From contig JAYTOU010000003.1 in assembly GCA_043747615.1 (NCBI GenBank), forward strand, positions 64,001-128,000: DNA of 64,000 bases, written 5' to 3'. The stretch's first letter is position 1, and the number at the start of each line of letters is the position of its first letter. The position numbers and the translations under genes are program-made. Positions 20,383-31,300 of the stretch are shown here, in pieces. The stretch comes from Myxococcales bacterium (GTDB taxonomy: Bacteria > Myxococcota_A > Polyangia > Polyangiales > Polyangiaceae). A model generated the notes under the pieces. It saw only the letters and a list, made by a program, of their open reading frames with translations. It was not told the DNA's origin and did no database searches.

Positions 20383-21461
20383 CCAAGGTCGTGCACGTCG
20401 TCGTGGCGGGCGAGATCGGAGGCGCGGAGCGGATGCTGTGCGACCTCGCGTCGAGACCGAAGGAGACCCGCGCTGACCACGTCATCGCCTTGATGACGCC
20501 GAACGACGGTCTTTTACGGCTCTTCGAGAGCGCGGGCCTCAGGGTTTACGATCGCGGGCGGGTGCGCGACAACCCTGCGGCCTTCTTGTGGCGCTCACTC
20601 GGACCACTCGACACGCGCTGGCTCGAGCACGTCCTTCAGCGCGAACGCGCGACGGTAGCTCACCTCCATACGTTCGCGTCGCAGGTGATCGGGACGCGCG
20701 CGGCATTGCGGGTGAACGCACGCGTCGTCCGCACCGAACATTCTACGCGCGCCTACGACGATCTGAGCTGCTGGCCGTTCTGCCGCTGGTCGCTCCGTCG
20801 CACCGACGCGTGCGTCGCGGTAAGCGAGCACGTTCGCCGCGTGGCCACCGCCAAGGCTCCGTGGATCGCCGGTAAAACAAGGGTGATCTTGAATGGCGTG
20901 GATACCGTGCGTTTCTTGCCGAGGCTCGTTCCCTTGCCCGAGCTCTTCACCTTCGTCCTCGTGGGAAGGCTCGAGCGGCGCAAGGGCGTCGACCTCGCGA
21001 TCGAGGCGCTGAGTGAAGCTCCGGGGGCGCATCTCGAGGTCGTCGGCGACGGCCACGAGCGTGGGTCGCTCGAAGCGTTGGTTCGCGAGCGGGGCATGAC
21101 CGGCCGGGTTCGCTTCCACGGTCACCTGGCTGACACGCGCTCGGTCGTCGCGGCGAGCCACGCGGCGCTCTCGAGCTCACGCAAGGAAGGCCTCGGACTT
21201 GCGAACCTCGAGGCGATGGCCATGGCTCGCGCGGTCGTCGCGTTGCCCACGGGAGGCGTTCCGGAGGTCGTCATGGACGAGAAAACAGGCTTTATTTCTC
21301 GAGAAACGACCGTTCACTCCCTTGCGCTGCGCATGCGCGACGCGATGAGCGACCGACAACGGACGGCCTCCGTCGGAGAGGCCGCCCGCGCGTTCGTGGT
21401 CGAGCGGTGCTCGATCGAGATGATGTGCCGCGCGTACGGAGACGTCTACGCGCCGCCGTGA
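20379..21461 (+). CDS. GT4 glycosyltransferase
   Basis: ATGA overlap with flippase stop; 'GGAERML', 'GRLERRKG', 'EGLGLANLEAMAM'. Confidence 0.88.
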   Translation: MTKVVHVVVAGEIGGAERMLCDLASRPKETRADHVIALMTPNDGLLRLFESAGLRVYDRGRVRDNPAAFLWRSLGPLDTRWLEHVLQRERATVAHLHTFASQVIGTRAALRVNARVVRTEHSTRAYDDLSCWPFCRWSLRRTDACVAVSEHVRRVATAKAPWIAGKTRVILNGVDTVRFLPRLVPLPELFTFVLVGRLERRKGVDLAIEALSEAPGAHLEVVGDGHERGSLEALVRERGMTGRVRFHGHLADTRSVVAASHAALSSSRKEGLGLANLEAMAMARAVVALPTGGVPEVVMDEKTGFISRETTVHSLALRMRDAMSDRQRTASVGEAARAFVVERCSIEMMCRAYGDVYAPP

Positions 21462-22600
21462 GCGCCCGCTTTGCCGCTGATGCTCGCGCTCGCCTGCACG
21501 CTGACGCTGATGGATGCTTGCGCACTCACGCACGCGCTCGCTGCGGCCGCGATGCATGCCCCCGCGTGAGCCGTGAGCTGACCGACCGCATTGGGAAGCT
21601 CGCTGCCCGTGCGGACGAGGATCTCGATGTCCCCTCCGAGTCGTTTGCCGTAGGCCAGCTCGGCCTGGAGAAGCGCCGGCAAGTTCGCCTGGAGCGTTGC
21701 GATGAGCTTCGGCATCTCGCCGGTGTTCACGCTCGACTGCACGTTGACCCTCGCCGGCGTGCACTGCGCCGTGAGCTCTGCGTGCGCCTTGCAGCTCCCC
21801 TCACAATGCGCGTCGGCGCTGGGCGCCTTTACGGCGATGTCGCACTTCGGCTCTTTGTAGTCGATGTTGCAGTTGCCGTGGCAGTCGGCCGAGCACGAAC
21901 CCTTGCACGTGCCTTTGCATGTGCCCGCGCACTGCCCCGCCGCCTGACCGTTTGCGCCGGCGCCCGTTGCCTTCGCGCCCGCCGCTCCCTGGCATTCACC
22001 CTGGCATTCGCCGTTGCAAGTGCCGCTGCACGTACCCGAGCAGGTGCCTTCGCATCGCCCGTAGAGATGCCCGGGCTCGCAATGGGCTTTGACGTAGCCG
22101 GGATCGAAGTTCGCATTGCATTGCCCCTTGCACGAGGCCTCCGCGTTCGCCTGCACTTCGCAGCGCGGCGGGGTCACGTCGGCTTTGATCGAAGCCGAGA
22201 CGCCCGCCTTGAGGATCGCGTCGATCTTCGCGGAGACGGCGTTGCAAGCTGCAGAGACCTTGTTTTTTCCATCGGTGGCCGCCATCTGCTCGGGCGGCAC
22301 TCCGAGATCGTGTCCCATTCTCTCGCACGCAGCGCCCACTTCCCCTTCGACCTTCGCGGCGACGTTGGCGAGATCTCCAGACGCAGTGACGAACGCGCGG
22401 ATGGTACCGTTGGCCTTCGCGTCGGCTTCGAAGTTCGCGTTCATCGCGCCGCCCGCGAGCTCGGGACAGGTGATCGCACCGAGCGCTCCCCCGCCGCTGC
22501 CGCCGGCAAGACCGCCAAGCCCGCCTTCTCCGCCGCAGGCAATGACCACACACGATACGAAAACAACGGCAAAGAGCCGCTTCCCCAGACAATTCGCCAT
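21446..22600 (-). CDS. Cys-rich lipoprotein, unknown function
   Basis: Signal peptide with VIAC lipobox; periodic C-x-G-x-C repeats. Confidence 0.8.
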   Translation of the reverse strand: MANCLGKRLFAVVFVSCVVIACGGEGGLGGLAGGSGGGALGAITCPELAGGAMNANFEADAKANGTIRAFVTASGDLANVAAKVEGEVGAACERMGHDLGVPPEQMAATDGKNKVSAACNAVSAKIDAILKAGVSASIKADVTPPRCEVQANAEASCKGQCNANFDPGYVKAHCEPGHLYGRCEGTCSGTCSGTCNGECQGECQGAAGAKATGAGANGQAAGQCAGTCKGTCKGSCSADCHGNCNIDYKEPKCDIAVKAPSADAHCEGSCKAHAELTAQCTPARVNVQSSVNTGEMPKLIATLQANLPALLQAELAYGKRLGGDIEILVRTGSELPNAVGQLTAHAGACIAAAASACVSAQASISVSVQASASISGKAGAHGGA

Positions 22601-22652
22601 CTTTTTGCGTCTCCCAGAACCAGTTGAGTTTGTTGGATGCCGATATACCTCT

Positions 22653-23846
22653 TCAGGGGGCGCGACTGCGATCTCTACCCTCGCGGGTGGCCTCGAGCAT
22701 GCCGTCCGTGATCGCCGTGACGAGCTGGTCGAAGTCGGCGCGATTGAAGTGGGCGCCGCTCGCTAGCCAGTCGATGTGAATGGCGTCGGGTTTCTCACCC
22801 GGAAAAACGCGCTCATCGCGGAAATGCCCGAGGACGTCGAGGTGATCGCCGTAGCCCGCCCAAACGAGCTTTCCCCAGATCTGCGACCTCAGAGGAACGA
22901 CGCCGTCATTCGCGCGCGCGCCCGGAGCGCGGTCGAAGGCCCGCACGAGGAGGGCTTCCGCTTCATCGCCCGCGAAAGGCGCCGCACATGGATAGCGTGC
23001 GTCGTAGCGCGAGGTCAGGCTGTAGAGGGTCGCGAAGAGCGGCGTCGAGACAACGCTCCACGGACCATGAATGCTGTTGAGCCAGCCGCGGGGCGACGGA
23101 GGCGGCGCCGCGGACGCGGTCGACTGATAGAGCACGCCCGGACGGTCTTCGATGCCCGCCTGAAAGAGATCCATTGCCTCCGGCGTCAGCTGGATCACCG
23201 ACCCTTGATCTTCTTTGATCGCTTCGAGGTACGCGCGAACTTCGCGGCTGCGTGTCTCGTCGATGACCCCGAGAAGCGAGTCGGTGATGCGGTCGAGGAG
23301 CTTTAGCTCGACGCCGAGGGCCCGATCCACACGCCCCACCGCCATGACCAGGGCACTCGCGACGGCCAGCGGAGGAGCGCCGAGCGAGAGCGCGATGAAG
23401 GTGAGCGCGCTGACGGCGTAGAGCATGCGCTGCCCCTGGGCCGTCGCAAAGAAGGTCGCGAGCGGTGTCCCGAAGTGCGGCGCATTCATGGTGGTCACGC
23501 TGGCCAGACGCGGGATCCACGTCATCGCCGCTCGATCCACCGGGAGCTGCGCGCTCGGCGAAGCGACGAGACGCGCGTCGAGGCCGCCGGTGGAATGGCC
23601 GAGCAGATGAATCGGCCCGGACGCGTCGTCGTCGTCGCTCGCCGTCCGACCCACGAGCTCCGCGAGCTTCCCGGCGCGGCGCCGCACGGAGGCCGTCGGC
23701 AGCACCTCGACGACGTAGGTCGCGACCTCGCAGCCCTGCGCGCGCAGCCTTTCGCTGATGGCCCTCTCGAGATGGGCGAAGTAGTCGTACGACGCCAGCC
23801 GCCCGAAGCCGAACATCCCAGGATCAAAGTAAATGCGGTGAAGCAT
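22653..23846 (-). CDS. Alpha/beta-hydrolase (lipase/esterase)
   Basis: Nucleophile GHSTGG, acid NDGVV, His in GDHLDV; oxyanion region PGMFGF. Confidence 0.8.
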   Translation of the reverse strand: MLHRIYFDPGMFGFGRLASYDYFAHLERAISERLRAQGCEVATYVVEVLPTASVRRRAGKLAELVGRTASDDDDASGPIHLLGHSTGGLDARLVASPSAQLPVDRAAMTWIPRLASVTTMNAPHFGTPLATFFATAQGQRMLYAVSALTFIALSLGAPPLAVASALVMAVGRVDRALGVELKLLDRITDSLLGVIDETRSREVRAYLEAIKEDQGSVIQLTPEAMDLFQAGIEDRPGVLYQSTASAAPPPSPRGWLNSIHGPWSVVSTPLFATLYSLTSRYDARYPCAAPFAGDEAEALLVRAFDRAPGARANDGVVPLRSQIWGKLVWAGYGDHLDVLGHFRDERVFPGEKPDAIHIDWLASGAHFNRADFDQLVTAITDGMLEATREGRDRSRAP

Positions 23847-24023
23847 GCGGCGACACCATCAATGCCAACCCGCGCGAGATCCAGTGAATGTAGACGTGTT
23901 CAGGCATGCCACCCATTTTACGCACCGGGCACGATTTGAATTCCCCCCGTGTCCATCTCCCCTTACGACTCGTCCGTCGCGTAAATCTCTACGCGGCTGA
24001 CGGCACGCGCCACACCTTGGGAG

Positions 24024-25016
24024 GTGAGTTTGACGTTTCTCCCGAAGACGAAGCGGACGGCAGCATTCTTCATCGGTTTCGCAGGATTCGCGGGATTTAC
24101 AGGGTCGATGGCCCTCACCGCGGGTTGCGCCAAGGTCGCTATCGAGAGCCGAATGAGCGCAGCTAGCGCTTTTAGCGGTGGTTCTGGAACCAGCCATGGA
24201 ATCGGCCTGTCGAAGAGCCGGATGAGCGATTTCAGCGCCCGCACCCTCGGCTCCGGCAACGGCGGCCTCCTCTTGGGAGGGCGCGGAACCGAGCCAAACA
24301 CCCCGCTCGAGCTTCTGCTCGGAGAGGGCGACCGCCCGCTCGGGAACAACGGCCTGTGCCCCCCGGACATGGCCAGCATCGAAGACCGTTTCTGCGTCGA
24401 CCGCTACGAAGCCTCCGTGGTCGAGGTCTTCCCGAACGGCGTCGAAAAGGCGTGGTCGGCGTTCGAAGCAAGCAAGGGTCACGTCGTCCGCGCCGTCAGC
24501 GAGCCCCACGTCTTTCCGCAGGGGTACATCAGCGGGAATCAAGCCGCCGAAGCGTGCGCCCTTTCGGGCAAGCGTCTCTGCAAACCCACCGAGTGGAAAA
24601 AGGCCTGCATGGGGCCCAGCCAATCGACGTTTGGTTACAGCGAGAAGCGCCAAAGCGGCCGCTGCAACGACCACGGCAAGAGCGCCATGGGCGCCATCTA
24701 CGGCGCTCCCGACAGCCGAAAACGCGACCGCGGCTACTGGTCGATGGACCGCATGAACAACCCGGCGCTGAACCAGGTGCCCGGCACCCTCGCGAAATCC
24801 GGCGAGCACGAGGGCTGCACCAACGACTTCGGCGTCTACGACATGGTCGGCAACCTGCACGAGTGGGTCGCCGATCCGAACGGCACGTTTCAGGGCGGCT
24901 ACTACCTCGACACGCATCTCAATGGCGACGGCTGCTCGTACCGCACCATGGCGCACGAGACCGCCTACCATGACTACTCCACGGGCTTTCGCTGCTGCGC
25001 GGATCCCGCTCCCTGA
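24024..25016 (+). CDS. Exported FGE-sulfatase (SUMF1-like) domain protein
   Basis: 'CPPDM', 'FCVDRYE', 'GKRLC...EWKKAC', 'GVYDMVGNLHEWV', 'STGFRCC'; start uncertain. Confidence 0.8.
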   Translation: MSLTFLPKTKRTAAFFIGFAGFAGFTGSMALTAGCAKVAIESRMSAASAFSGGSGTSHGIGLSKSRMSDFSARTLGSGNGGLLLGGRGTEPNTPLELLLGEGDRPLGNNGLCPPDMASIEDRFCVDRYEASVVEVFPNGVEKAWSAFEASKGHVVRAVSEPHVFPQGYISGNQAAEACALSGKRLCKPTEWKKACMGPSQSTFGYSEKRQSGRCNDHGKSAMGAIYGAPDSRKRDRGYWSMDRMNNPALNQVPGTLAKSGEHEGCTNDFGVYDMVGNLHEWVADPNGTFQGGYYLDTHLNGDGCSYRTMAHETAYHDYSTGFRCCADPAP

Positions 25017-25030
25017 TCTAGACTTCGCGA

Positions 25031-25720
25031 ATGCCTCGACGCGGGTCGCTGATCTTGGTGTTGGCAGCAGCGTGCACCCGGCATAGCCCGCCGCCCGAGA
25101 AACAAGCGATCGCGCCCTCGGCGGCTGCTCCTCAACAACAGGAGAGGACCGATTCTGCCGTCGCCGCCGACCATGCTCCTGATGCGGGCCCTTCGCCGGC
25201 GGCGGTCCAGCATGGGCCCTATAAGGTCGTCCTTCACATCGGCGACTCGACGGTCGGCTACATGGGAGGCCTCGAAAAAGCGCTCGAGAAGCGTTTCAAG
25301 GCGGAGGGGACCAAGCGCTTCGTGTTCGAGGCGGTGACGAGCGCGTCGGTCGCAAATTTCGATGAGTCGAAGCAGTTCAGGGGACTCCTCGCCCAATACA
25401 AACCGGACCTCGTGATCCTCACGCTCGGCGCGAACGACGTGTTCATCCCTCGCCCCGATGTCTTTGCGTCGAACGTGACGAAGATCGCGAAGCGGGCGAG
25501 CGTGGTCGATTGCGTCTGGATCGGCCCCCCGACCTGGAAAAAAGACACCGGCATCGTCGATGTAATTCGCGATCACAGTGCGCCCTGCCGCTTCTTCGAT
25601 TCGAGCCTCCTCACGCTGAAGCGCCGAGGCGACGGCATTCACCCCACCGACGAAGGAGGCGAGACGTGGGCGGCGCTCTTCTGGCCTTTCTTCAAGGGCG
25701 AGCCCGTCACGGCGCGGTGA
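25031..25720 (+). CDS. SGNH/GDSL hydrolase lipoprotein
   Basis: Lipobox LAAAC; blocks IGDST, LGAND, DGIHP. Confidence 0.85.
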   Translation: MPRRGSLILVLAAACTRHSPPPEKQAIAPSAAAPQQQERTDSAVAADHAPDAGPSPAAVQHGPYKVVLHIGDSTVGYMGGLEKALEKRFKAEGTKRFVFEAVTSASVANFDESKQFRGLLAQYKPDLVILTLGANDVFIPRPDVFASNVTKIAKRASVVDCVWIGPPTWKKDTGIVDVIRDHSAPCRFFDSSLLTLKRRGDGIHPTDEGGETWAALFWPFFKGEPVTAR

Positions 25721-27632
25721 CCTCTCCACCGCACGGGACGTCGAGTGACGCCGGCGTCCCGCTGCTCCCGACCTTGACCGTGTGACGACCGCAAGCGACG
25801 CGGAAGCTTCCGGTGCCTTGACCAACGAGCTTGCCGTCGACGAATACCCGATGGCCTGCAGCGCTCCGCGACGTCGTTAGGGTGCCTTCCGTGCTCGAAC
25901 CGGAGTGGGCCAACGCGGGAGGCGGGGTCGCTGGAGGCCTTGCGGGCGCTGCTGGTGACGCGGATGCCGGCAGAACCACCGCGGTGACCGTCGGAGGTGG
26001 GGTCGCCGTCGAGCGCGGCCGCGCCGTCGTTGGCGGCCGATGGAGGGTAGCTCCCCAGCGCTGCCACCCGTATACGCCGGCCGCCCCCGCGACGATCAGG
26101 ATGAGGAGAAGGAGAGAAATGATAGCCGGTGCCTTTGCGCCCCGGCGGGGCCTCGCTTTCACCACGACCCGATCGTCTGGAAGCGCGGCAGACGCGTACG
26201 GATCGCTCAATGCAGGGGGCGGCGCTGACCAAAGCGGCGACGGCGGAGGGGGGCCGGACGGGGGCCCGGGCCGACTCGACGGGACCACGACCGCCGCCGA
26301 CGCTAGCGCGGCACTCCCGACGCCTTTGACCGTCGCTGGGCTCCCACTGCTGACCGGAGCGCTAGCGAGAGCGCCCTCCGCCGCGCGATTGATGCGTTCC
26401 GCACTCGGCCGCGAGCTCGGTGGACCGGGACGCGGAATCACCGGTCGAGGGGCTGCCGCCGCCCCTCCAAAGATGATCGTCGAGATCCGCGGCGCAGGAG
26501 CGATGGTCGGCGGCGTTGGAGCCGGGGGCCGCGTTGCGTCGAGCGTCGTCTCGATGAGATCGCTCAAGGAGAACGGCGTCTCGGTCCGCACCGTCTCGGT
26601 CGGCGGAGAGTGGCCTTCAGGGCGCTCGTCCGAGTCATCTGCGTACGACGGCAAGCTCCCACCGGAGACCGTGTCAGGCTGCTCTTCTTCCGTGCCCGGC
26701 CGGAAGGTAGCGAGGGTCTGCACGAGCTTCGCGCGGCCCTCGTCGAGCGGCATCGACGATCGCAGAATCGCCACCATTTCCTCGGCGGTGATCGAGCGCT
26801 TGGACTCCTGAGGCTCGAGGCCACGCGCGACCGCGTTTCTCAGGGCGGCCGGTAAATCAGGGCGAAGCACGTTGAGCGAAACGATGTTCGGGTGGGCCAT
26901 AGCCCGCAGCACTTCCATCTCGGGGAGCGCGTTGTGCTGAATCGCCTTCCGGCGCGCAAGCAGCTCCCACAACAAGAGCGACCCCGCATAGACGTCTGCG
27001 CGAACGGTGACGGCCTCGCCCTTCACCTGCTCGGGCGCCATGTATCCGAACGTGCCCTTGATGAAGCCTGTCTTGGTGTCTCCGGAAATTCCCGTGACCT
27101 TCGCGATCCCAAAGTCCGCGAGCTTCACGTGGCCGTCCCACGGAAGAAGGACGTTCGAAGGGTTCACGTCACGGTGAATGACGGGGGCAAACTCCGCGGT
27201 CTCTGGATCACGCGCGGAGTGCGCCGCGGCCAGCGCCGAAAAAATGCGGGACGCGAGGTAGGTCGCTGCGCGATCGTCGAGCTCCGTCCCTTGCGCATGA
27301 AGGAGCGCGCGCAGCCTGTTGAGCGGCAAGCCGTCTACGAACTCGAGCACCATGACGAGCTGATCGCCCGCACAGAAAAAATCGTAGAGCTTGACGATCC
27401 CGGGATGCGACAGCCGCGCGTAGGCCGATGCCTCCCGCGCGAACATACGCTCCGAATCTGGATCGGCTCGGTACGCGTCGAGGAGGACCTTGAGAACGAC
27501 CACCCGCTCGAAGCCGAGGGGGCCTTCGGCGCGCGCCAGGAGCACGTCCGCCGTGCCACCGGTCGCCAGACGGCGGAGGATACGAAAGCCGCCGATTCGC
27601 TCGGGCGCCGCGCTGTCTTGCTCGACCTCCAT
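25707..27632 (-). CDS. Membrane Ser/Thr protein kinase with Pro-rich linker, TM helix and C-terminal PEGA-like domain
   Basis: Hanks motifs VVLK, HRDVNPSN, DFG, YMAPE; TM 'IISLLLLILIVAGAAGV'; 'RVFVDG...G..GRHTVKVG'. Confidence 0.9.
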   Translation of the reverse strand: MEVEQDSAAPERIGGFRILRRLATGGTADVLLARAEGPLGFERVVVLKVLLDAYRADPDSERMFAREASAYARLSHPGIVKLYDFFCAGDQLVMVLEFVDGLPLNRLRALLHAQGTELDDRAATYLASRIFSALAAAHSARDPETAEFAPVIHRDVNPSNVLLPWDGHVKLADFGIAKVTGISGDTKTGFIKGTFGYMAPEQVKGEAVTVRADVYAGSLLLWELLARRKAIQHNALPEMEVLRAMAHPNIVSLNVLRPDLPAALRNAVARGLEPQESKRSITAEEMVAILRSSMPLDEGRAKLVQTLATFRPGTEEEQPDTVSGGSLPSYADDSDERPEGHSPPTETVRTETPFSLSDLIETTLDATRPPAPTPPTIAPAPRISTIIFGGAAAAPRPVIPRPGPPSSRPSAERINRAAEGALASAPVSSGSPATVKGVGSAALASAAVVVPSSRPGPPSGPPPPSPLWSAPPPALSDPYASAALPDDRVVVKARPRRGAKAPAIISLLLLILIVAGAAGVYGWQRWGATLHRPPTTARPRSTATPPPTVTAVVLPASASPAAPARPPATPPPALAHSGSSTEGTLTTSRSAAGHRVFVDGKLVGQGTGSFRVACGRHTVKVGSSGTPASLDVPCGGEVTAP

Positions 27633-27680
27633 GGCCCTTCGGCGTCTTTCAACGCGCTGTACCCTTGCGCCGCGCGGCTT

Positions 27681-28226
27681 TCAGCCCGGTGCGACGGCGT
27701 TGTTCGTGGCGATGTCCGACTCGACGCTGTCGAGGAGCTCGTTTGCGCGTTCTTCGTCGATGCCCAAGCCCTCGGCAAGCTGGTTCAGCGTCTCGTTCTC
27801 TTCGTCGGCGATGGCGTTGTCGGCGAAGGCTATTGCCGCCGCAAGGACGAACGCCACTTCCGCCCGCGCGCGATCTTCGTGCAGCGCTTCGATGATCTCG
27901 CGCATCCGCGTTTCGCGCCCGTGCTCTCCCACTTTTTTCGAGGCCGCGTCGAGCATCGACTCGATGTGCACCGTGCGCAGCCTGTCCTCGGAGAGATTGC
28001 GGAGCGCGCCTTTGAGCACCTCGCGCTCCTCGCTCGACACCGTGCCGTCGGCGGACATCATCAGGTACATCGCCTCGCACAGCGGGCCGAACTCGGTGAC
28101 GAGGGCGAGCGTCTCCATCGCGTCTGGGCTCAGCCCTCCCGGGATCACCACCGACGGCCGCTGCCCTCGCGTGCGGAGTTGGTCGCGAAGCCGCGAAACC
28201 GTGGAATTGGAGAGCCAGGTGATCAC
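27681..28226 (-). CDS. TerB-family protein
   Basis: 'YLMMSADGTVSSEERE' and 'AFADNAIADEENETL..LAEGLGI'; GTG 28226 chosen (ORF is open to 28265). Confidence 0.78.
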   Translation of the reverse strand: MITWLSNSTVSRLRDQLRTRGQRPSVVIPGGLSPDAMETLALVTEFGPLCEAMYLMMSADGTVSSEEREVLKGALRNLSEDRLRTVHIESMLDAASKKVGEHGRETRMREIIEALHEDRARAEVAFVLAAAIAFADNAIADEENETLNQLAEGLGIDEERANELLDSVESDIATNNAVAPG

Positions 28227-28306
28227 TGCGGCCCCCGGCCTGCGCTCGAGACGTCTTGCACACACTGACGAATTGCGAATCGGTTCATCGCGTCGAGGGT
28301 AAACCG

Positions 28307-31300
28307 CTATTCGTCGAACTTGAAGAGATCTTCGAGATCGCCCTTGGTGAGCTTCTTCGCGCCGCCGGCGTCTTCGCTGAGCACCGCTCCGGCCAGATCA
28401 CGCTTCTTGCCGCTGAGCTCGAGGATCTTCTCTTCGATGGTGCCCTTGGCGATGAGTCGGTAGGTGGTGACCACCTTCGTCTGACCGATGCGGTGTGCGC
28501 GATCGCTCGCCTGATCTTCGACCGCCGGGTTCCACCACGGATCGAAGTGGATGACGGTGTCGGCCGCGGTGAGGTTGAGGCCGCTGCCGCCCGCCTTGAG
28601 AGAGATGAGAAACACCGGCGGCCCGTCGTCGCGCTGGAAGTTGTCGACCAGTGCCTGACGATCACGCGAAGATCCGTCGAGGTATTCGTACGGGACTTTG
28701 TCTTCGTCCATCGCCCGCCGGACGATGGTCAGCATCGAGACGAACTGGCTGAAGACCAGCACCTTGTGCCCGCCTTCGAGGGAGGTGGCAATCAGCTCGC
28801 GCAGCGCCACGAGCTTGCCCGAGTCGTCGTCCGTAAACTCGCGCGGGAGACCAAGGAGCCGTGGATCGCACGCCGCTTGGCGAAGGCGGGTGAGGCCGGC
28901 GAGGATCTGGATGTGGCTCCGCGCGAGACCCTGGCGTTCGACCTCGCCCATGACCTGAGCACGCACTTCTTTGAGCACCGCGGCGTAGAGGGCGGCCTGC
29001 TCACCCGTGAGCTCGCAGAACTGATCGGTCTCGATCTTCTCCGGAAGATCCTTGGCGACCTCGGATTTCGTGCGGCGCAGGATGAACGGGTGGATCGTCG
29101 CGCGGAGGCGAGCGGCTGCTTTCTGGTCGCCCGCGTCGATCGGTCGTGAGTAGCGCTCTTCGAATTTGTCGAGGGGACCAAGGAGACCCGGGCTCACGAA
29201 ATCGAAGATCGACCAGATCTCGGAGAGGCGATTTTCGATCGGCGTGCCGCTGAGAGCTAGCCGGCGATCGGCCTTGAGGCGCTTCGCGGCGCGGGCCGTG
29301 GCCGACAGCGGATTTTTGATCTGCTGCGCTTCGTCCAGGATCACGTAGCGCAGATCGAGCTTCGCCAAGAGCTCTTCGTCGCGGCGAAGGAGCGCGTAGC
29401 TCGTGACGACGACGTCCGCCTTTTCCAGTTCTTCCTGGCGATCTTTGCGATCGACCCCGTGCCAGAGCGCGTGCTTCAAGGACGGCGCGAACTTGTCCAT
29501 CTCGCGGAGCCAATTGGTGACCACGCTGGTGGGCGCGACGATGAGGGCCTTGAACGGCTTCGCCCCTTCGGTTTTCTCGTCGGCTGATTTGACGGCCAGG
29601 AGAAGCGCGAGGGCCTGCACGGTTTTTCCGAGACCCATGTCGTCGGCGAGGACGCCGCCCGAGCCGATCTCGTGGAGGAACCACAGCCAGTGGAATCCCT
29701 GCTCCTGATAAGGCCGAAGCGACGCCTTTAGGTTGCGCGGCTTCTTCGCGCCCTTGATCTCGTCGATATCGCGGAGCTTGGCGAAGAGCTCACGCGCCGA
29801 GTCGCTCACGTTCGTCTTGGCGACTTGTTCGAGCAGCTCCTGGAGACGCCCTGCCTGCGACAGAGGGAGCTTGCCGCCGACGCCGCCGCCGGTCGCGAGA
29901 ATTTCGGCCTGGCGCAGAAGGACTTCTTTCACCTTCGCGGAGTCCAGGCGGGCGAAGCTCCCGTCGGCCAAGCGCACGTAGCGTCTTCCTTCGGCGAGGC
30001 AGCGACCGAGCTCTTCCTGGCTGACGGCGACCCCTTCGCTCTCGAACGACAAGCGAAGAGAGAGCCAGTCTACGCCGCTCGACACGCGCGCGTTTGCGCT
30101 GAGAGCCTCGCTCCGGACCTGAACATCCATGAGATCGTCGGGGACGAAGAGATCCCATTCGTCGGGGAGCTGACCGATGCCCTCCGTCCAGAACTGGATG
30201 GCGTCGTCCCCGCGCGCGATGAATCCGTTGCCTTCTTCGTCCGGCGTGAGGCCGAGCCCGCGGAGCTTCGCCGCCGCCTCTTGCTGCGAGGCGATATCGC
30301 AACGAATGCATACTGCACGTTTCGTGCTCGGATCCGGCGGCTTCACGATCACCGGCGCGGTCATACCGTCGGCGCGAACCTCGATCTCCACGTCTTCGTA
30401 GGCCGCGCGGAGGTGGACTTTCGCTTCGATGAGCGAGCCGCCGGCGCGCATCCGGAACGTCGGCAGCATGTCGATGACCGTGGCCACCTGGGAGAGCTCC
30501 GGGAGCTCGGCCCCGACTTCGAGCGCCACCTTGGGGAGCCCCTGCGCAATCAGCAGCGGCAGATGTTCGATCGGCTCGTGAATGAATGGCGCGCGCACCA
30601 GCCGGCGAATGCTCGACGGCGAGACGCGCCTGTCGATGGGACGGGCCACGCCCTCCTGGGGATCGACGTGCCACCCAGGACTGCCTTCGAACCAGGCGCC
30701 CTGCGCGGTCGTGAACTTTCGCGGATCGCCGGGGCGGTAAAAAGACGATTTGACGACGACCTGCGTGCCGTCGGAGGAGAGCTCGAGATCGAAGCGAGGG
30801 CGGAGCGGCTCGTCGCCGAAGCGGAGCTCCATCATCTGCGGCTCGACGATGACCCGGCGGCCTTTCAGGAGCGGCAAGAGATCACTCGCGTCCTCGCCGC
30901 GCACTTCGATTCCCACGCGGCGCGGGCCTTCGTTCTCGAAGCGGGCGAGAAGACGAATGGCTTCGCGATCGGCAGTCGGCGTCTGCGAATGGGCGACGAG
31001 AAGCGCGCTCGGAAGAAGCGGCGTGCGCGCATTTGGATCGAGCAACGTGATGGTGAGCGAGCCCGGCCGCACCTGCATGCGGTACTCGATGACCCTCGGC
31101 AAAGGTGGCAGCGGCTCGGGAAGCCACGCGTCCACGCCCGTCGATACGGAGCCTGCGGGAAGCGAACGGACCGGCGCGTTCCCTCGACCACCTTGCTGCT
31201 GCTGCTGCTGCGGAGGCACCGGCTTCATCGCTCTTGCCGCCGCACGACCCCGCCTGCCCCGTCGACCTCCTCCGCCGCCGCTCAAAGGCTCAGACTCCCC

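Noticed and set aside
31193..31210. CAG-rich poly-Gln run in the SNF2 linker
   Set aside because: In-frame low-complexity run in a disordered linker; not evidence of phase variation
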